This document shows, piece by piece, positions 24,291 through 32,000 of a stretch of 32,000 nucleotides of DNA. The position numbers were made by a program, and so were the translations under genes. Source of the stretch: Acaryochloris marina MBIC11017 (GTDB lineage Bacteria > Cyanobacteriota > Cyanobacteriia > Thermosynechococcales > Thermosynechococcaceae). The stretch spans positions 2,580,001-2,612,000 of the forward strand of contig NC_009925.1 in assembly GCF_000018105.1 (NCBI RefSeq). The letters are read 5' to 3'. Each line of letters begins with the position of its first letter. Position 1 is the stretch's first letter. The notes under the pieces are model-generated. The model was not told where the DNA came from, did not search any database, and saw only the letters and a program-made list of their open reading frames with translations.

Positions 24291-25799
24291 ATGACCTCAG
24301 ACATTATCTTTCAGCCCTTAGAGTGGCGCAATCTAACGGTTAAAAATCGCATTTTCCGATCCAGCATCTCAGGGCGTTGGGATAACTACGATGGTTCGGG
24401 CACCCAAGCCCGGATCAATTGGGAAGAGCAGTTTGCCCAGGGTGGCGTCGGTGCCATTATCTCGTCCTATACCCCCATTCATATTGAAGGACGGATTGTG
24501 CCGAATGCTGCCATGATTGACTCGGACGACCGCATTCCCTTCTGGAAAAAGGTTGGCGAGACGGTTCATCAGCACGACTGCAAGTTTATCCTCCAGCTCA
24601 GCCATTCGGGGCGTCAGCGCGATATTGATGGGGTCGAAAATACCGTTCCCGATTCCTTTAAGCCCACACCTGCCCTGAGTGCAACGACCCTCTCAGAACA
24701 GATTCATGGGTTCCGCTGTCGCCAGATGACCCAGACAGAAATCCAGCAGACGGTACAAAGGTTTGCGGATGGGGCGCACCGGGCTCGGGAAGCTGGACTA
24801 GATGGCGTGGAATTACATAGCTCCCATGGCTATCTGATTACCCAATTCCTCAGTTCTGGCATCAATATTCGCAATGATGACTATGGGGGGTCTCTCGAAA
24901 ATCGATATCGGTTCCTGCAGGAAATTGTCCAGGCTATTCGCCAAACTGTCGGTGATGATTTTCATCTCCAGGCCAAGATTAGTGCCGTGGACTATAACAA
25001 TGTCTTGCCCTGGGAACGGAAGGGCAACACCCTATCTGAGTCCATTCAAGTCTGTCAGTGGCTCGAACGAGATGGGGTAGATGCTCTCCATATTTCTCGG
25101 GGCAGTACCTTTCCCCATCCCCTATTACCCGCAGGGCCTTTTCCCTTTAAGATTGCCACCTCCACCTACGACACGATGATTTCCAGTGCCCCGTGGCGCA
25201 CCCTCCTCAATTACTTTCTATTTCGCAGTCCCTTACTTCAGCCCTTTTTTAAGTGCATCTGGAATCGCTTGGAGCGGCATTGGCAGCCTCCCGTTAAAGG
25301 CGATCGTCTCTCGTCAGATTCTCTCTCCCACTTGATGCAAGAGCATATCTCTACCCATGAGTTTCAGGCCCTATTAGCCCGCTACCAAGGCACGGTTATG
25401 GAAGATGCCCAGGCCATTAAGGAACAGGTCAATATTCCTGTTATTTGCACCGGCGGCTTCCAGCAAGCCTCTTTTATCCGGCAAGCGATTGAGAAGGGAT
25501 TCTGTGATGGTGTTACCCTTGCCCGCCCGCTGGTCGCCAATAAGGATCTGGCCCACCAGTTTCAGGCAGGAAACGATATTCCCGAGCGACCTTGTACCTA
25601 TTGCAATCAATGCTTGGGGAGTTATCTGGAGTATCCCCTGGGCTGCTATGAACGCCGTCGATATTACCAGCGCTCTATTACTGGCGCAGATAAAGCGGAG
25701 CAAGATAAAGCGGCACGAGAAGCCCATGACGCCATGATTCAAGATGCTATGCGGGTTTATAGCCCACCGCCCTTTAGCCCGGCCGAGCAAACGGCATAA
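24291..25799 (+). CDS. Old Yellow Enzyme-family NADH:flavin oxidoreductase with a C-terminal 4Fe-4S-type Cys motif
   Basis: OYE/2,4-dienoyl-CoA-reductase-like motifs are present: LTVKNRIFRSS, ILQLSHSGRQ, AGLDGVELHSSHGYLITQFLS, RNDDYGGSLENRYRF and ICTGGF. A CxxCxxCx10C motif (CTYCNQCLGSYLEYPLGC, 25593-25646) is also present. At 502 aa, the protein has no C-terminal FAD/NAD(P)H domain. Confidence 0.8.
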   Translation: MTSDIIFQPLEWRNLTVKNRIFRSSISGRWDNYDGSGTQARINWEEQFAQGGVGAIISSYTPIHIEGRIVPNAAMIDSDDRIPFWKKVGETVHQHDCKFILQLSHSGRQRDIDGVENTVPDSFKPTPALSATTLSEQIHGFRCRQMTQTEIQQTVQRFADGAHRAREAGLDGVELHSSHGYLITQFLSSGINIRNDDYGGSLENRYRFLQEIVQAIRQTVGDDFHLQAKISAVDYNNVLPWERKGNTLSESIQVCQWLERDGVDALHISRGSTFPHPLLPAGPFPFKIATSTYDTMISSAPWRTLLNYFLFRSPLLQPFFKCIWNRLERHWQPPVKGDRLSSDSLSHLMQEHISTHEFQALLARYQGTVMEDAQAIKEQVNIPVICTGGFQQASFIRQAIEKGFCDGVTLARPLVANKDLAHQFQAGNDIPERPCTYCNQCLGSYLEYPLGCYERRRYYQRSITGADKAEQDKAAREAHDAMIQDAMRVYSPPPFSPAEQTA

Positions 25800-25831
25800 C
25801 CTCGGATGCAAATTGCAAGCGTGATATCCCA

Positions 25832-27328
25832 ATGAGCAGTACACCCTTTTTCCAGAAAGTCTGTCGTAACTTCAAGCGGTTAGCCCTAGGGCTGGTTAGC
25901 CTAGTTTTAGTGATCGTTTTATGTCTGGCATGGCCCCTATTGACGGCGCGGTCCCCTCAATACACGGACATTACCGACCATTTTAAGTATGGCTCGATTG
26001 GCGGTGCCTCCACCATGGGAATTCCCTATTGGATTTGGCAAGTGATGCCGGTGATGTTTCCGGAGTACCTACCCACTGAGGACTACGCTACCCCTGGGAC
26101 AGGCTATACCCAACTGGGCTTTATGCAGGAACCGGGGCAAGATCTGCCTATTGGGTTTGCCAAGGATACCCAATTAGGGTTGGAAGTGGTGACCAATAAC
26201 TGTGCCCTTTGCCATGTGGGTAGTATTCGCAACACCTCTGATGGCCTACCGCAAGCCATCCCGACGATGCCGTCTAACACTGTTAATTTGTCAGCCTATT
26301 TTCGATTTATTACTGGCGTTGCCGATGATCCTCGGTTTAATGCTCGGGAAATGATGCCCTATATCAAGGATTTGGGGGCCGATCTGAATCCCTTGCAGTC
26401 CCTGCTCTATCGCTATATTGCTATTCCCCAAACCCGGGCGTTACTCAGCATCCAAGCCGAGAAGCTCAGTTTCTTGTCGGATCAGCCCCAGTACGGTCCG
26501 GGGCGAGTAGACACCTTTACCCCTTATAAAACCCGCACCTTTAATATCAACCTAGATGACCTCCCGCCTGAAGAAATTGAAGGAGCAGCCAGCGACTTTC
26601 CCAGTGTTTGGCAGCAACGCCCCCGGGAAGGTATGCAGCTCCACTGGGATGGTGACAATACCTCCGTGGCGGAACGGAATAAGAGCGCTGCTTTAGCTCT
26701 GGTCTCCCCCACCAATATTAATTTGGATGCCATTACCCGAGTGGCCGACTGGTTGTTGGATCTCCCGGCTCCGCCCTATCCCTATCCCGTGAATGAGGAG
26801 CTGGCTGTCCAGGGGCAATCTATCTTTGCCAACACCTGTGCCAGCTGCCATGCCTTTGACGGTCCAAAGGTCGGAATCGTGACGCCCATTGCAGAAATCG
26901 GTACCGATCCAGGTCGCTTAAATTCTTATACCTATGAATTTGCCTCGAATCAGTACACGCTGTTTGCGGGGATTACCTATAAAGGCGAAGATCAGCGGTT
27001 TACTCACTTCCGCAAAACCCACGGCTATGCCAACCATCCCTTAGACGGATTGTGGTTGCGATCGCCTTATCTACACAACGGCTCAGTCCCGACCCTAGAG
27101 GATCTGCTCAATCCGCCTGAGCAACGCCCAGCTAAGTTTTATCGGGGTAATGATGTCTATGACCCAGACAAAGTGGGGTTTGTGGCAGATGTTGCCGCAG
27201 CCAACGGCAGCAAATTTTTCGAATATGATACGTCGCTGCCAGGGAATGGCAAGGAAGGCCATCTCTATGGAACCACTTTGTCTAAGTCAGACAAAACAGC
27301 TCTGATCGAGTATTTGAAGACCCTTTAA
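25832..27328 (+). CDS. Membrane-anchored di-haem c-type cytochrome, CCP/MauG-like C-terminal domain (paralog 1)
   Basis: It has an N-terminal TM (LALGLVSLVLVIVLCLAWPLL) and two CxxCH motifs (CALCH 26201-26215; CASCH 26837-26851). LWLRSPYLHNGSVPTLEDLL resembles the conserved (A/S)PY(F/M)HDGS..TLE motif of bacterial di-haem cytochrome c peroxidases. Confidence 0.7.
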   Translation: MSSTPFFQKVCRNFKRLALGLVSLVLVIVLCLAWPLLTARSPQYTDITDHFKYGSIGGASTMGIPYWIWQVMPVMFPEYLPTEDYATPGTGYTQLGFMQEPGQDLPIGFAKDTQLGLEVVTNNCALCHVGSIRNTSDGLPQAIPTMPSNTVNLSAYFRFITGVADDPRFNAREMMPYIKDLGADLNPLQSLLYRYIAIPQTRALLSIQAEKLSFLSDQPQYGPGRVDTFTPYKTRTFNINLDDLPPEEIEGAASDFPSVWQQRPREGMQLHWDGDNTSVAERNKSAALALVSPTNINLDAITRVADWLLDLPAPPYPYPVNEELAVQGQSIFANTCASCHAFDGPKVGIVTPIAEIGTDPGRLNSYTYEFASNQYTLFAGITYKGEDQRFTHFRKTHGYANHPLDGLWLRSPYLHNGSVPTLEDLLNPPEQRPAKFYRGNDVYDPDKVGFVADVAAANGSKFFEYDTSLPGNGKEGHLYGTTLSKSDKTALIEYLKTL

Positions 27329-27380
27329 GGTCCGTATCATACCTATCTATTTTTACCTACCTAAAATTGGAGCCAGTCAA

Positions 27381-27815
27381 GTGAGCACACAAAATCCCTA
27401 TGCAAAATGGTTTGGCTATGTCGTTTGGCTGGGCATCGCCGTCAATCTTCTATTTATTATTCCCATTTGTTTTTTCCCTGAATGGCTGCTTTCTCTCCTC
27501 AGGATGACTATTCCTATCCCGATTATTTGGGTGCGAGCGGCAGGGTTATTGCTCTTGGAAATTAGCATTCTGTATATTCCGGGAGCGCTGGATCCGTATC
27601 GATATCGAGCGACCGCATGGATGTCAGTTCTGGTCACCCGGGGTGGTGGAGCCTCGTTTTTCTTGATTGCCGTGCTGTTTTTTGGTCAAGAACTGGGCTT
27701 TCTTTCCATTGCCATTGTGGATCTAATTTTTGGGGTCACAGAGGGCATTCTGCTGTATTTAGCGATGCAAGACAAAACGGCTCTTGCAAACCAATCCTAT
27801 TCTGAGCCGGTCTAG
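27381..27815 (+). CDS. Small hypothetical 4-TM membrane protein
   Basis: 144-aa ORF with a GTG start, GGAG 8 nt upstream and four hydrophobic helices. It sits between the two di-haem paralogs on the same strand. Confidence 0.5.
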   Translation: MSTQNPYAKWFGYVVWLGIAVNLLFIIPICFFPEWLLSLLRMTIPIPIIWVRAAGLLLLEISILYIPGALDPYRYRATAWMSVLVTRGGGASFFLIAVLFFGQELGFLSIAIVDLIFGVTEGILLYLAMQDKTALANQSYSEPV

Positions 27816-27913
27816 TCGGCCGACAAACTGGGCCAAATTGGGGCCTCAAAAACTAAGTTCAAGCGGATTAGCAAGAGGGTCGAATGCCCGATCGTTGCTG
27901 ACGTTATCAAGGA

Positions 27914-29338
27914 ATGAAGACTATGCTTGGCAAAAAAATCGCCACCACCTTACTGATTCTGGGCCTGCTCGTGGGCACGGTGGTCTATATTGGCTGGTAC
28001 AATCTCCTGCGCGAAGTGGACACCTATATCGAATCGCCAGCCGAACATTTTAAGTATGGATCAATCGGGACAGAAAATGATCAAGGGGTTCCCTACTGGA
28101 TTTGGATGGTGCTCCCTCGCCTTTTTCCGGAATATTTACCCGGAACCAACGGCTATACTTCCTTGGGCTTTACCTGGGAACCCGGTCAGGAAACCCCGGT
28201 GGGCGTCTCTAAAAAAACGATTGGTTTTCCTCGCCAAGGCATTACCTGTGCCGTTTGCCATTCAGCAACCTATCGCAAAGCGCCTGAGGACAATCCCATC
28301 ATTGTGCCAGCTGGCCCCTCGGTCAAATTTAATTCCTTGGGCTATGTGCGCTTTTTGCAGGCTTGTGCCCAAGATCCCAGATTTACGGCAGACTACATTT
28401 TGCCTGAGATTGAATACAACCATTCCTTATCGGCTTTTGAGAAGTTACTCTACCGATTTCTGATTATTCCCACGACCCGCAAGGAAATGCTTGAGCAGGG
28501 CGAATCCTTTGCCTGGACCAATTCTCGACCCAATTGGGGACCGGGGCGTATCGATCCTTTTAACCCCGTGAAATTCAATATGCTAGCTATCCCCATAGAT
28601 GACACCATCGGCAACTCCGATATGATGTCGCTTTGGAATCAAAAGCAACATCAAGGATTTGCCCTGCACTGGGATGGTTTGGAAACCTCCCTCACAGAAA
28701 CGGTGAATACCGGTGCCTTGGGAGATGGAGCCACTCGTAAATCCATCAATATTGAAGGGCTACAACGGGTCGAAAAATATATCACAGAACTGGATCCACC
28801 CCAATTCCCTTTTGCCATCGATCAAGCTGCTGCCGCCAAGGGCGAAAAGGTATTTGACCAGCACTGTGCCACTTGCCATGCCTTTGGCGGTGAGCGCACG
28901 GGCACCGTTATCCCCCAGCAAGAAGTCGGCACCGATCGCCACCGACTGGACATGTGGACCCAAGAAGCAGCGGATAAATATAACGCCTTTGCGGAAGGGT
29001 ACGACTACGACTTTGACCAGTTACGGAAAACCGATGGCTATCTCTCCGTGAGCTTAGATGGGTTGTGGTTACGAGCCCCCTATCTGCACAATGGGTCAGT
29101 ACCTAGCTTGCAAGATTTACTCAAAACCCCAGATGCACGGACGCCAGTGTTTTACCGAGGCTACGATGTCTATGACCCCGACGCCGTCGGCTTTATTTCG
29201 CAAGGTGCGGAGGCTGAGAGGGTTGGATTTGAATACGACACATCCGTAGTGGAAAATAGTAATCAGGGGCATGTATACGGCACCAATTTACCTGACAAGG
29301 ATAAGGCGACATTAATTGAATATCTAAAAACCCTGTAA
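27914..29338 (+). CDS. Membrane-anchored di-haem c-type cytochrome, CCP/MauG-like (paralog 2)
   Basis: Collinear with 25832-27328. Shared blocks are HFKYGSIG, PYWIW, FPEYLP, GPGR(V/I)D, LHWDG, DGLWLR(S/A)PYLHNGSVP, FYRG.DVYDPD.VGF and LIEYLKTL. CxxCH motifs are CAVCH (28247-28261) and CATCH (28865-28879). ATG at 27923 has better spacing from AAGGA than the track start at 27914. Confidence 0.7.
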   Translation: MKTMLGKKIATTLLILGLLVGTVVYIGWYNLLREVDTYIESPAEHFKYGSIGTENDQGVPYWIWMVLPRLFPEYLPGTNGYTSLGFTWEPGQETPVGVSKKTIGFPRQGITCAVCHSATYRKAPEDNPIIVPAGPSVKFNSLGYVRFLQACAQDPRFTADYILPEIEYNHSLSAFEKLLYRFLIIPTTRKEMLEQGESFAWTNSRPNWGPGRIDPFNPVKFNMLAIPIDDTIGNSDMMSLWNQKQHQGFALHWDGLETSLTETVNTGALGDGATRKSINIEGLQRVEKYITELDPPQFPFAIDQAAAAKGEKVFDQHCATCHAFGGERTGTVIPQQEVGTDRHRLDMWTQEAADKYNAFAEGYDYDFDQLRKTDGYLSVSLDGLWLRAPYLHNGSVPSLQDLLKTPDARTPVFYRGYDVYDPDAVGFISQGAEAERVGFEYDTSVVENSNQGHVYGTNLPDKDKATLIEYLKTL

Positions 29339-29436
29339 GTGATGCAAATAGTTCCCTCTGAGGCTTGCTTGGCTTAGCTGACTAGCGAATGAAGCCTCTC
29401 TGCTGAAGTAGTTTGGCACCAACGTTGGGTACACGC

Positions 29437-29772
29437 TTACATCGTGTCGACTAAAAACAAACCCTGCAATATTTCCTGATGTAAGTTAGTCGCGTTGGCA
29501 GAGGCAAGACCAGCGCAGAGCAATGTGCAGCCATAGTAATAGTGACTGAGGGCCGTTACTGCTTCAGCATCACCATAGGCCAGGGTAGGAAATCGATATT
29601 GTTTAGACCCCAGCAACGGATACTTTTCTTGATCCGGCTGAGAGATCTCGGCCACAAGTTTGCTTTTTTCGAGAATCTCCTGGATTGGCGATAACTGGGC
29701 TATCCGTTCCAGTCGGTTAACTTCACCCGCTGGCTTGATCAAATGGGTCTGGATGTTGAAGAACGTACGCAT
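29437..29772 (-). CDS. Hypothetical protein
   Basis: 111-aa ORF with no recognisable motif. It is the only sizeable ORF in this interval and is divergent from devB. Confidence 0.4.
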   Translation of the reverse strand: MRTFFNIQTHLIKPAGEVNRLERIAQLSPIQEILEKSKLVAEISQPDQEKYPLLGSKQYRFPTLAYGDAEAVTALSHYYYGCTLLCAGLASANATNLHQEILQGLFLVDTM

Positions 29773-29880
29773 TTCTTATCCTGCTGGTTGACCCACCAAC
29801 GCCAATAAAGAAACAACGTCTTGAGAATCTAAGTCTACAATTGAGAAGCTGGCTGATGCTTCATTGTCTTAGAGGTATGC

Positions 29881-31065
29881 ATGACGGTCCCAGAAGCAAA
29901 GCGACGAGGCGGCAAATGGTTGATAGTTATCCTGGGATCCTCGCTACTGATGAGTGCCTGTGGATTGCTGCAAGCACAGCCCACCCCTACCCCCACTCCC
30001 AAAACCGTTAAGTCCAACCGAGTAGTGGCTCGGGGCAAGATCATTCCTGAATTTGATGTGATCAAATTATCGGTATCGAATGCTGAAGACAGTCGAGTCA
30101 ATCGGATTTTGGTCAAAGTCGGCGATCGTGTCCGTGCCAATCAGGTGATTGCGACACTTCAAGGGGCTGATCGGCGGCTCGCCGATCTAAAAGCCGCCCA
30201 AACCAACGTTAAGCTCTTACAGGCCCGCTTGATTAAAGCTAAACAAGGGGATGCCAAACCCGGTGGTATTGCTGCCCAGCAAGCCGTTGTGATCCGGTTG
30301 GAAACCCAGCTACCCGTTGAGATTAAACAAAAGGAAGCCGAGATTGTCAGTGCCCAAGCCTCCTTGCGAGAGGCCGCACTCACCTATCAACGTCGTCAAC
30401 AACTCTTTCAACAGGGCGCGATTAGCAGGGCCGAAGTAGATACTGCTCGTGAGGAATTTGAGACCACGCACGCTACCTTAGCGACCCAAATCGCCTCCTT
30501 AGAACAAACGGTCACTACTTTAAAAGCACAAATCCAAGAGGCAAAGGCCCGACTCGCTGAACTTCAGCAGGTTCGACCCATCGACGTTACCATCGCCCAG
30601 GCCGAACTGGAACGCGCCTTCATTGAAGTTGAGCAACGGCGGGCCGATTATAACGATACCCAAGTGCGAGCCCCCATTCCTGGCCAAATTCTGCGCATCA
30701 ATACCAAGGTGGGAGAGCAGGTGAATACCCAGCTGGGCATTGTCGACCTGGGACGAACCGAGCAAATGTTTGTCCAGGCGGAAGTCTATGAAACGGATGT
30801 GAGTAAGGTGCAGAAAGGCCAACGAGCTACGATTCTCAGTGAATATGGTGGATTTGAAGGGGAGATCCAGGGGGTGGTGGATGATGTTGGTCTCCAGATT
30901 GACCCTCGGACCTTATCAACCGGAAATAACAACCCAACGACCGACGAAAATGCTCGGGTCGTCAATGTTTCCATTCGCATCGATCCAGACGATAGCCCCA
31001 TTGTCGCTGGCCTGACGAATATGCAAGTCAGAGTCACCATTGACTTACAGGAGAAGGCCGGATGA
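29881..31065 (+). CDS. devB: ABC-exporter membrane fusion protein, DevB family
   Basis: RVVARGKIIPEFDVIKLSVSN...RVNRILVKVGDRVRANQVIATL, a long coiled coil and VRAPIPGQILRINTKVGE fit the DevB/HlyD pattern. The N-terminus has a lipobox-like LLMSAC. The gene is followed by devC with an ATGA overlap. Confidence 0.8.
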   Translation: MTVPEAKRRGGKWLIVILGSSLLMSACGLLQAQPTPTPTPKTVKSNRVVARGKIIPEFDVIKLSVSNAEDSRVNRILVKVGDRVRANQVIATLQGADRRLADLKAAQTNVKLLQARLIKAKQGDAKPGGIAAQQAVVIRLETQLPVEIKQKEAEIVSAQASLREAALTYQRRQQLFQQGAISRAEVDTAREEFETTHATLATQIASLEQTVTTLKAQIQEAKARLAELQQVRPIDVTIAQAELERAFIEVEQRRADYNDTQVRAPIPGQILRINTKVGEQVNTQLGIVDLGRTEQMFVQAEVYETDVSKVQKGQRATILSEYGGFEGEIQGVVDDVGLQIDPRTLSTGNNNPTTDENARVVNVSIRIDPDDSPIVAGLTNMQVRVTIDLQEKAG

Positions 31066-32000
31066 AATGGGGCCGCCTGCGCAATTTAACGGCTGAACGC
31101 CCCTTAGCTTGGGCGCAGCTATCTCATCAAAAGGCACGTTTAGCTGTTGCCCTGACGGGGGTAGCTTTCGCCAATATCTTGATGTTTGCCCAGCTGGGGA
31201 TTCGGGCAGTGCTGTTTGATGGCATTACCTTAATTCATGAGAATCTCCAGGGTGAGCTGTTCCTGATATCGTCTTACTCTCGGGCCTTAGGATTTCAGGC
31301 CTTTGCACGGATTTACCTATATCAAGCAAATTCTGTTCCGGGGGTTGCTTCAGCGAGGCCTCTCTATATTTTGGGGCGGGTGGACTGGATCAATCCGGAG
31401 CAACTCCCCGATGAGCATCCGATTCCACCGGAGTTACTGTCTCCTCCAGGGCAAGGCGAGTCGGCAGATAAAGAGATTCAAATTTTTCCAGATCGGGTTA
31501 AAATCTTAGCCTTTAACCTCTCTCAGCCTGCTTTTACCCTACCCGAAATCAATCAGCAACTGGACAAGTTGAAGGAACCCGATTCGATTCTCTTTGACCG
31601 GCTGTCTCAGGATGGGTTGGGACCGATTTCCGATTTAATTACGCAGAAACCCCAGTTAACAACGGTGATGGGAAATCGCCGCACTCAAATTGCTGGATTA
31701 TTTACCTTAGGGAGCACGCTGTTCACCAAAGGGCATGTAATTATGAGTGACTTGAACTATGCCGCCCGCAATGGCCCCGAGAGTTTAGAGAATGTCAGTG
31801 TGGGATTGGTGAGTTTGGATGCAGGTGCTGACCCCCTGCAAGTTAAAGCGCAAATCCAACAAGCCTTACCGCCTTCTATCCAGGTGTTAACTCGAGAAGA
31901 ACTGATCCAAAAAGAAGTGGCGTTCTGGGAAACGGATCCGAGTGGCACGGTCCTTAATTTTGGGGCGATGATGGGGTTTGTGGTGGGGGTGATTGTGGTG
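31062..32000 (+). CDS. devC: ABC-exporter permease, DevC family (FtsX-like); runs off the right edge of the window
   Basis: The frame is open from ATG at 31062 to the window end. My translation, MKWGRLRNLTAERPLAWAQLSHQKARLAVALTGVAFANILMFAQLGIRAVLFDGITLIHENL..., matches the DevC N-terminus (TM1 followed by a large external loop). Confidence 0.8.
   Translation, partial: MKWGRLRNLTAERPLAWAQLSHQKARLAVALTGVAFANILMFAQLGIRAVLFDGITLIHENLQGELFLISSYSRALGFQAFARIYLYQANSVPGVASARPLYILGRVDWINPEQLPDEHPIPPELLSPPGQGESADKEIQIFPDRVKILAFNLSQPAFTLPEINQQLDKLKEPDSILFDRLSQDGLGPISDLITQKPQLTTVMGNRRTQIAGLFTLGSTLFTKGHVIMSDLNYAARNGPESLENVSVGLVSLDAGADPLQVKAQIQQALPPSIQVLTREELIQKEVAFWETDPSGTVLNFGAMMGFVVGVIVV

Noticed and set aside
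22174-25844. Antisense ORFs within the cluster (22174-22590, 22670-23019, 23943-24167, 24369-24605, 25374-25844, 25405-25737, 24874-25080)
   Set aside because: All overlap plus-strand ORFs that carry strong family motifs, and none has recognisable motifs of its own.
27784-28463. ORFs 27784-28053 (+), 27990-28463 (+), 28713-29051 (+) and others overlapping di-haem paralog 2
   Set aside because: They are off-frame. The annotated frame is validated by collinearity with paralog 1 and by two CxxCH motifs.
29359-29397. Possible terminator after the second di-haem gene (GAGGCTT...AAGCCTC)
   Set aside because: The 7-bp stem encloses a loop of about 24 nt and has no T-tract, which is too weak to call.
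29835-30140. 101-aa minus-strand ORF overlapping the devB start, plus later antisense ORFs in devB/devC (30159-30383, 30520-30822, 30786-31040, 31303-31509, 31757-31948)
   Set aside because: They are antisense or off-frame to the DevB and DevC frames, which are supported by family motifs.

Overview
Cyanobacterial chromosomal DNA. The assignment rests on 12 perfect HIP1 octamers (GCGATCGC), DevB/DevC exporter genes, a DUF4278 gene and a FraH-like gene. No rRNA, tRNA or CRISPR array was recognised.

Gene content, left to right:
- 1-2965: an RND permease (partial) and its periplasmic adaptor on the minus strand, divergent from a PadR regulator. They are separated by a 72-nt intergenic region containing three CAAC-TT-GTTG motifs.
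- 2962-9229: a visibly AT-richer, HIP1-free block. It holds four tandem paralogs of an uncharacterised two-TM membrane protein, a remnant of a fifth copy, duplicated non-coding leaders, an IS630-family element inserted two codons before the stop of one paralog, and an all-ankyrin protein.
- 9327-19367: housekeeping and accessory genes. These are an FMN reductase, a CIA30 protein, a cation/proton antiporter, a FraH-like zinc-ribbon/Pro-rich/FHA protein, an MFS transporter, hisIE, DUF4278, an FHA/pseudo-receiver protein, trxA and dnaG.
- 19368-20537: a 1.17-kb very AT-rich stretch with no ORF of 60 aa or more.
- 20538-29338: seven same-strand genes, the most interesting part of the window. In order they encode a DUF900-like alpha/beta hydrolase, a cyclooxygenase/alpha-dioxygenase-like haem dioxygenase (catalytic Tyr and proximal His present), a small catalase-related haem protein, an Old-Yellow-Enzyme flavoprotein with a 4Fe-4S Cys motif, and two membrane-anchored di-haem c-type (CCP/MauG-like) paralogs flanking a small 4-TM protein. 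I read this as an extended fatty-acid oxygenation (oxylipin) cluster. It goes well beyond the two-gene dioxygenase plus catalase-related lyase pair known from Nostoc.
- 29437-32000: a small hypothetical gene, then devB and devC (partial).
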